Source of the DNA: Candidatus Bathyarchaeia archaeon
GTDB taxonomy: Archaea; Thermoproteota; Bathyarchaeia; TCS64
DNA length: 45,940 nt
Reading direction: 5' to 3'
Assembly (NCBI GenBank): GCA_050014495.1
Contig: JBEKDF010000024.1
Coordinates: 1-45,940 of the forward strand
Shown: positions 39,535 through 45,940 of the stretch, one piece after another
Position numbering within the stretch: position 1 is the stretch's first letter
How the letters are laid out: each line of letters starts with the position of its first letter
Position numbers and translations under genes: made by a program
Notes under the pieces: generated by a model
The model's input: only the letters and a program-made list of their open reading frames with translations
What the model was told of the DNA's origin: nothing
Database searches by the model: none

Positions 39535-40467
39535 CTACACCATATATAATCGATTTGCATTCTCCCAATACAACTTTTCAAGAACAGAGAGAGGCAGATC
39601 AAGACCATTGATAAATGTACCCCCAGTGTCCTTAGTGTCAGCATCAGGAAAAGGCAGCGGGGTACCTCGTTCATTTGTTTCCCAAAGAATTCTCTGCGCA
39701 ACGTATCGACCAGAGAAGTAACTACGGTCATCTTGATTGGAAGAGATATCAGTCCCAAACAGGACCCTCTCCGAGTACTTTAACATGAACTCTCGAGCCT
39801 TCTTCGAGTCTTTGCTCAACTCGCGGGCCATCCATCTTGATGATGCTGTATCGACCACAACATTGGGAAACTTATCCATCCACCTTGATAGATCGGGTAA
39901 CCTATGTATCTCAGGCTGTGCACCAAAATGAGGGATCTGAAATTTTAATTTAAGGTGTCTGGATAAGACATCCTCTAACTGTTTGAGGTGCTCATCCTTA
40001 GTACCATATTTCTCTGAATCCTTATATTGAGACGCATAATAGGTGTCGGGATCACCAATATGAATAATTAGGGGTATCCCGTTGTCCTCTAGGGCTTGAA
40101 AAATGGGTTCTAGTCTGTTGTCATTAATTCGAAAATCCTTCGGAACATCAACCCAGTCACGCCAACGGGGACCAAACCATGACTTGGCAAGAGAATAGCC
40201 CTGATCCTTGAGTTTCGCTATCTCATTGAGAACAGGTTCCACATTGTACTTAGCTATATCTTTCGAGGAGAGATATTTTGCGAAGATGAACCTGTGAGGA
40301 TACATCTCCTTAGCAACTCGAAATCCTCCTTCATCATGAACAATCCCAATCTGTGTCGAAACCCCAAAATCATCTTCAATAGCAATCATCCTGGATATTT
40401 CATTGATGGTTCCAATGTGTGTATGCGCATCAAAAATTGGACCGGAGTACTTCCATGTATTTCTCAA
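39535..40467 (-). CDS. amidohydrolase family protein
   Basis: DAHTH, IHIGD, PHFG, LFGTD, ENA. Confidence 0.85.
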   Translation of the reverse strand: MRNTWKYSGPIFDAHTHIGTINEISRMIAIEDDFGVSTQIGIVHDEGGFRVAKEMYPHRFIFAKYLSSKDIAKYNVEPVLNEIAKLKDQGYSLAKSWFGPRWRDWVDVPKDFRINDNRLEPIFQALEDNGIPLIIHIGDPDTYYASQYKDSEKYGTKDEHLKQLEDVLSRHLKLKFQIPHFGAQPEIHRLPDLSRWMDKFPNVVVDTASSRWMARELSKDSKKAREFMLKYSERVLFGTDISSNQDDRSYFSGRYVAQRILWETNERGTPLPFPDADTKDTGGTFINGLDLPLSVLEKLYWENANRLYMV

Positions 40468-40655
40468 GTTAAAGGTCTAGTGAGTCGAACTCGCTCAAAA
40501 GCCATTCCTCTGTCATACTCATGAACAAGTATTTTTGCGATCTCAATCTGAATAACTATATTATGAGATTATGCGTGCTAGTATGCGCGCATGCAAGCTC
40601 ATCAAAATGATCTTAAAAATATATCATAATGCTCCTTTAAGGAAGTAAGAGTAAA

Positions 40656-41771
40656 ATGAGATCAAATCTCCTCACTGGCTTAATTATTGTACTAGCCCTA
40701 CTCGGAGTGTATTACTTCACCAACCCAGCAAACCTCGCGAATTTTAAAACATTTGTGCTGACTCAGTCCGAGACCATCTCATCAACTGTAAATTCCATAG
40801 ATAAAACGGGCAGCAGCATCGGCTCAACTATTAGCAACATCACACAGGGCTATCCAAGCTTCAAACCCGTCAACCCCACATTCCAGAACGGAAAAGCCAA
40901 CGTTACTTATCCCAGAGACTACTCGATTCTGGCGAACTATGCCTTAGGACTAATCAATCAAGATCGCGCAAAATACGGATTATCACCCGTAACCCTAAGC
41001 AGCGAACCTTCAGGACAGCAGCACGCCGACTCGATGGCATACTTTGGTTACTTCAGCCACTGGGACACTCAGGGATACAAACCCTACATGCGCTACACAA
41101 TCCTGGGAGGCACCGGAGATGTGGCTGAGAACATCGGCTTTGACTATGCGACGACCTCGTCAGTGGATTCAACTCAGGTCGCTGTTGCCTCATGCTCGAT
41201 TCAAACAATAGAGGCAGGCATCGCCAATTCCGAGTGGCAGATGATGTACAACGACCTCTCATCGGGGAATGGGCATCGAGACAATATTCTGAATCCTCTT
41301 CACAACAAGGTTTCGATAGGTATCGCATACGACACAAGCACCTCAAAGATTTACTTCGTCGAGGACTTCGAGAATAGCTACATTAACCTGGAAACAATGA
41401 CCACGTCTGACGGTGTAGTGAGGCTCTCCGGGTCCACTACTAAGGTGATAAGCCTTCAGGAGGTGACAGTGCAGTACGATCCATCACCAACCTCTATTGA
41501 TTTAAACCAGCCTCAATACCAGGGATCATATGATTCTGGTACCCTAGTCGGTGCAGTGTTTGCCCCTGTTCCCGCTGGTTATACTGGGTCCTCGACAACC
41601 ACAGATGGGAAAATAGCTGTTTATGCAGATATATGGCAGAGTTCTGGTTCGAAAATAACGATACAGTTCTCGCTATCTAGGTTTAAACAGCAATATGGTC
41701 ATGGGGTATACACTTTGTATCTCTTAGATAGTCAAAATAACATTTGGTTAAGCTATTCAATATTTGTCTGA
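40656..41771 (+). CDS. CAP (SCP) domain protein, N-terminal anchor
   Basis: LINQDR, QQHADSM..FSH, AENI, GHRDNIL. Confidence 0.85.
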   Translation: MRSNLLTGLIIVLALLGVYYFTNPANLANFKTFVLTQSETISSTVNSIDKTGSSIGSTISNITQGYPSFKPVNPTFQNGKANVTYPRDYSILANYALGLINQDRAKYGLSPVTLSSEPSGQQHADSMAYFGYFSHWDTQGYKPYMRYTILGGTGDVAENIGFDYATTSSVDSTQVAVASCSIQTIEAGIANSEWQMMYNDLSSGNGHRDNILNPLHNKVSIGIAYDTSTSKIYFVEDFENSYINLETMTTSDGVVRLSGSTTKVISLQEVTVQYDPSPTSIDLNQPQYQGSYDSGTLVGAVFAPVPAGYTGSSTTTDGKIAVYADIWQSSGSKITIQFSLSRFKQQYGHGVYTLYLLDSQNNIWLSYSIFV

Positions 41772-42640
41772 AAAAAAAGTAATGAATATTTAGTGCGCGA
41801 GTACCCTAGAATCTTTAGTTCTGACAACTGCTACATGAATCTTATAAACTAAATATTGTACCATGCATACGGGAATAACCCTCACACGCTCTCTGGTTAT
41901 TCCCATAATGAGCGGGGGAGTGTCCTCATAATTGGACTGTGAATGTGGTGGCTATTTGGGCTGGTTAGTTTTCACACACCACGATGTCGAACCACAACGT
42001 TTGCGTGGACTCCCCATATTATCAATTAGGCGCGCGCGCCTTTCACTTAAACATTGTAAATCCGTTTGTTGATTTGTATTGTTGAATATACATATTAGAT
42101 AGATAGTTGAAAATTGTTAGCTCTTCTTTGTGAGTAATATCTTTTGCCTGGAAACCCTGTAAAAGCAGGTGTACTTTCATAATGAATATAACCACATCAA
42201 CAGCTGTATTTTTTCGTAAAACATCTCCCTTTATTTTTTGCATCTATATTTGTTAAAGTATCCTTGAAACGTTGATTCCATTTCCAAAACCATTTTCCAT
42301 CCTTTTTGATTGCTTCAACGATCCTGAATTTGGTTAGTATGTTGTATCCCTCATCCTCGCTTACATCAACATCGTTTCCATGCGTATTACCACATAATGG
42401 GCAAGTTTTCCAAGGTGTAGACAGTTTTTAGCACCAACAATTACTCACATGAGGATGCGTACGCGTACCTCTAGGCGAGAAGTTTAAATTAAATATATGA
42501 AATTTGAGAACCAGTAATACGTATAATAAAACTAGGATTCCAATGCGCGCGCCCTTACAACAAAATGAAATAAAAAAATAGAGACAGTAATAAGAGAGCA
42601 AGAATCAACCCCAATTGAGACAATCAGGACGCAGTATTTC

Positions 42641-43006
42641 ATGATCACCAAAACCTTCGCCGAACATTTTGCCACCGAATGGATCGCCGCCTGGAATGCA
42701 CACGATTTGTCACGCATCCTTACACACTACAGCGACGACTTCGAGATGTCTTCGCCAGTGATCGTGCAAATTGCCGGTGAAGCTTCGGGCAAACTCAAGG
42801 GCAAAACGACAGTCGACGCTTACTGGCAGAAGGCTCTAGCGAAAATGCCCAATGTACATTTCGATTTGATCTCGATTTTAATCGGTGTCGACACCATCAC
42901 GCTCTACTATAAAGGCCATCGGGGCCTCAGCGCCGAAGTCTTTCACTTCAACGCCGCGGGTCAGGTGACCGAATCCTTTGCCCATTACGTCGACCCACCC
43001 GTCTAA
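42641..43006 (+). CDS. SnoaL/NTF2-like protein
   Basis: WIAAWNAHDL..HYSDDFEMSSP. Confidence 0.85.
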   Translation: MITKTFAEHFATEWIAAWNAHDLSRILTHYSDDFEMSSPVIVQIAGEASGKLKGKTTVDAYWQKALAKMPNVHFDLISILIGVDTITLYYKGHRGLSAEVFHFNAAGQVTESFAHYVDPPV

Positions 43007-43179
43007 AGCGGTGACGTCTGCAATGGCGGGTTGACCGAGGCTAAGAAGCACGCGCCATATGGAGTATCTGGTGGTTAAGATGTGTTAGTGAGTGGTGGGG
43101 TATTGGAGCGCGCGCATGCATTTGTAAGACAACTAGATTTTAATCCAATAGGCTTCTTAATTGCAATCAGGTCTCATAC

Positions 43180-43680
43180 GTGTCGAAAATCTACCTAGCC
43201 TCGCCATACGGTTTTGCTCCTTCCACCCGCGGTTTCCTACAGAAAATGAAGTCAGCGCTGAAGAAACACGGTCACCAGGTGATCGACCCCTGGGGGGAGG
43301 GTGATTCGCCACTCAAGCCCTTCAGGAGCCAGGAAAGTCATCTATCTCCTGAGGAGAGAGTGGCACAGCTGAAGATACTCAACCATCAAATCGCAGAGAG
43401 GAATCGTCAGGCGATCGAGAGCGGCGATGTGGTAGTTGCTGTACTTGATGGCCCTGATGTGGATTCAGGGACAGCTAGCGAGATCGGTTTCGCCTTCGCC
43501 TGTGGGAAGACAATCTTTGGCTACCGTGGAGACATCCGGCTAACGGGCGAGAATCAGGCTACGCTAGTGAACTTGCAGGTCCAGTACTGGATCGAGGAGA
43601 GCGGCGGGCGAAAGGGACGATTGGTGCGGACGGTGCCTGACCTCCTGATGGCGCTCGACGCACTTATTAAAAGTTCCTAA
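43180..43680 (+). CDS. nucleoside 2-deoxyribosyltransferase family
   Basis: IYLASP, DGPDVDSGTASEIGFA. Confidence 0.88.
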   Translation: MSKIYLASPYGFAPSTRGFLQKMKSALKKHGHQVIDPWGEGDSPLKPFRSQESHLSPEERVAQLKILNHQIAERNRQAIESGDVVVAVLDGPDVDSGTASEIGFAFACGKTIFGYRGDIRLTGENQATLVNLQVQYWIEESGGRKGRLVRTVPDLLMALDALIKSS

Positions 43681-43856
43681 TATTCACGCGCGCGCAAGCG
43701 CTAGTTAAGATTGTTTATACTTCATACTAATGGTGATCCTGCTCCTGTTGCTCGCGTGTTTCAGCTACCTCATCGTGTGGCTGGAGTTGTGCCGGGTCCT
43801 AGTGTGTACCAGATCATCATGTCAGTTAAAAAGCTAATAAAAAATTTGTTTAGCAG

Positions 43857-44915
43857 GTGAAACTCAGGATAAGAGTTGAGACCGCACCTTCACCGACCCC
43901 CAACCTGTCAAAGCCTGCCAACTACTTATCAACCCAAAACGACACCTGCGAAAACGCCTTGAACACCCCAACCTTCGAAGAAATACTTGAACCACAGAGG
44001 AATTCCGACGACGCCTCAGAGGCTGGGCAGACAGGCAGTCGCGCAGCAGCGAACTTCCCAATTGAGAGCATCTACGGAGTAGGCTCAAGGTACTCACAGG
44101 CACTCAGAGGCATCGGCTTGGAGACCATCGGAGACGTCGCAGGGATCACGGACATCGATGAGTTCGAGGAGCTGCTAGGAATACCCATAGCTGTGCTACG
44201 CAAGATCCGATTACGGGCTCTCTCCTATGTTAGCGGGAAGATCCTTCAAACCGAGTCAATTGAGTTCCCAGGCGACCGTCTAATCTACATAGACATCGAA
44301 ACCGATGAGAGATGCAGAAAAGTCTGGCTGATCGGGCTGCTGGTCGATGGCAGATTCACTCAGTTCTACGCGGAGAAGTGGGATGATGAGAGACACATCC
44401 TCGAGAGGTTCCTTGGCTTCCTCGGCACCCATAGGGGATACACGTTAGTGAGTTACTCGGGGACCGGCTTCGACTACAGAGTGACCCTCAAGGCCCTGAA
44501 CCGGCTTGGGCTGGACTCGTCAACTCTCGAAGAATTTCCACATGTTGACCTATGCACCATGCTGAGGAGATGCTTCATCTTTCCCCAGAGTAGCTACGCG
44601 TTGAAGGAGCTTGGACCATACCTTAGCTACGGTTTCAAACAGTCTGACCTGGATGGTCTCCAGGTTGCTCGGGCTTATCAGAGGCACGTAGATTATGGTG
44701 CCCCTCTGGAGCCTCGGTTTTTTGAGTATAATGAGGATGATGTTCGCGCTGTACAGCACCTGATTGAGAGGTGCTTTCGATTGAGGAGTCGATCAGAGAA
44801 GGCGCATCTACCCCAACTGGACTATGGTGGGGGCTGGGTGTACATTAAGATGAAGCTGGATCCTTGGTTGGATCCTCGTTCTCACCCTGAGCCTCGATTG
44901 CGCGCGCGAAGCTAA
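43857..44915 (+). CDS. HhH plus RNase H-like (YprB/TM0106-type) exonuclease
   Basis: IYGVG HhH; YIDIET, YSGTGFD, YALK, YNEDD. Confidence 0.78.
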   Translation: MKLRIRVETAPSPTPNLSKPANYLSTQNDTCENALNTPTFEEILEPQRNSDDASEAGQTGSRAAANFPIESIYGVGSRYSQALRGIGLETIGDVAGITDIDEFEELLGIPIAVLRKIRLRALSYVSGKILQTESIEFPGDRLIYIDIETDERCRKVWLIGLLVDGRFTQFYAEKWDDERHILERFLGFLGTHRGYTLVSYSGTGFDYRVTLKALNRLGLDSSTLEEFPHVDLCTMLRRCFIFPQSSYALKELGPYLSYGFKQSDLDGLQVARAYQRHVDYGAPLEPRFFEYNEDDVRAVQHLIERCFRLRSRSEKAHLPQLDYGGGWVYIKMKLDPWLDPRSHPEPRLRARS

Positions 44916-45001
44916 TCAGTCATGTTTGGGGGTCAGAACGAGCTGAGAATAAGGATATAGTTTACTTACAATAGGAAGGTCACTTATCTGCACGCGCGCA
45001 C

Positions 45002-45027
45002 TCAGGTGGAAGTGAGGATAAGGCTAT
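45002..45027 (+). repeat. repeat copy 18 (orphan, abutting a GC motif)
   Basis: TGCACGCGCGCAC-TCAGGTGGAAGTGAGGATAAGGCTAT. Confidence 0.95.
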
Positions 45028-45107
45028 AGCCCCAAACCCAAACCCAAAAAACACACATAAATAAAAAAATAAAAAAAGGAAAGCTATTTTAGCGCTGACG
45101 ATTTAAG

Positions 45108-45413
45108 CTATTTCTTCATTTTGAGATACATTTCCAAATTCTTTCCTGCGTTCAACAATGGAACAATCCTCATCTTCATTTCTGGCCAGTAATTGTTAAT
45201 ATAATCGATTAGTTTCTCCTCATCATCAGCCTCGAATATAGCGATACCATTATCGTTCCCTTGTTCATTAACCGCAGACAAATAGTGTGGCGGAAAGATG
45301 TACTTTATATGTTTCTCAGGGTTCTTTTTTAGTTCTTCTGACCACTTCTGAAATTTTGGAGTTAGCTTGTCTATGTCCTCGCTAGAGTACTCAAAAAACG
45401 CTATGAATTTCAC
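45108..45413 (-). CDS. DUF3303-like protein
   Basis: MKFIAFFEY..GIAIFEAD..MRIVP; paralog of 19198-19467. Confidence 0.65.
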   Translation of the reverse strand: MKFIAFFEYSSEDIDKLTPKFQKWSEELKKNPEKHIKYIFPPHYLSAVNEQGNDNGIAIFEADDEEKLIDYINNYWPEMKMRIVPLLNAGKNLEMYLKMKK

Positions 45414-45461
45414 TTATCTCACCCCGACCGATCTCATCATCAAGGGTTCTTCCTTAAATCT

Positions 45462-45820
45462 TTATGTAAATCCTAGAGCAACCCTGGGAACCCAGTCCTT
45501 TGACTCTCCGCGTAGATATTTAGCGAACAATAACGCCTCCTCATTGATCAGAGTCTCAAGAGTCTGATGCTCCCCGTTCCTAATCCGTTTAACATCAACC
45601 ATAGTCTCGAAGAAGTCGTTAAGCTCATCGAGGAGAGCAGTCGTTTCAGTGTCTGTCAGATACTCACGCTTACCCTTCTTCCCGTGACTCCCTAACTCAG
45701 TTTTCATCTTAAAATCCCTCTTCCTGAGTTTCTGACAATACTCAATCACGAAGTAATCGATTAAGCTTCTATACAACTCTTGGAAGTCGAGAACGAGTGA
45801 AACTTTAGCCATCTCCGTCG
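45462..45820 (-). pseudogene. cas1: C-terminal fragment of Cas1/casposase-like integrase
   Basis: SLVLDFQELYRSLID (Cas1 SLxxDxxExxR motif), EEALLFAKYLRG..WVP; frame runs into CGCGCGC at 45819 just before the expected GFLH. Confidence 0.72.
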
Positions 45821-45940
45821 CGCGCTGCCTTGTCCCGAAATTACCCCGATATTGGTTTTAAATGGTCTTAATTCCCCTCACAGGATTTAATGGCAAATAC
45901 GGGCATATCCTAAACACCTCACCTCCTCGTAGAAGCGATT

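Larger units (their letters stand above)
1426..45825. repeat. dispersed alternating purine/pyrimidine (GCGCGC-type) junction motifs
   Basis: Examples at 1426, 1503, 2442, 3711, 3816, 4259, 4354, 5255, 7983, 10961, 18393, 20097, 21923, 22650, 22822, 23591, 23931, 26252, 27397, 27811, 28747, 29055, 30144, 30906, 31885, 33816, 34188, 37646, 40584, 42029, 42544, 43108, 43685, 44899, 44989, 45819. Confidence 0.8.

Noticed and set aside
41871..41903. GGGAATAACC..GGTTATTCCC hairpin
   Set aside because: A single isolated stem with no other support.
42043..42430. AT-rich CxxC-containing reading frames
   Set aside because: Broken frames with no clear start or family; too weak to call.

Overview
Archaeal accessory region, probably Bathyarchaeia-like (an inference from AfpA, DUF3303, archaeal VapBC pairs and GTGA-type ribosome-binding sites). 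It contains no core housekeeping operon and is a mosaic of single genes and gene fragments. Two sequence-level structures organise it. (1) From ~5.9 to 20.1 kb, 17 full, partial or degenerate copies of a ~28-bp repeat (consensus TCAGGTGGAAGTGAGGATAAGRCTATTG) mostly separate one gene from the next, with the genes in either orientation. The repeat is tied to an expanded 'MVD...' membrane-anchored paralog family. An 18th copy at 45002 lies on a fragment that also carries the C-terminal part of a Cas1-like gene. (2) Across the whole window, roughly 50 (counted by eye) short alternating purine/pyrimidine GC-rich motifs (GCGCGCGC, TGCGTGCGCA and similar) sit at gene and fragment junctions. Several genes (TnpB, VapC, a primase-like gene, NERD, Cas1) are cut exactly at these motifs. 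Seven PIN/VapBC-type toxin-antitoxin pairs plus three PIN remnants are interspersed. No canonical CRISPR array, integron integrase, rRNA or tRNA was seen. All product calls come from motif recognition, not database searches.
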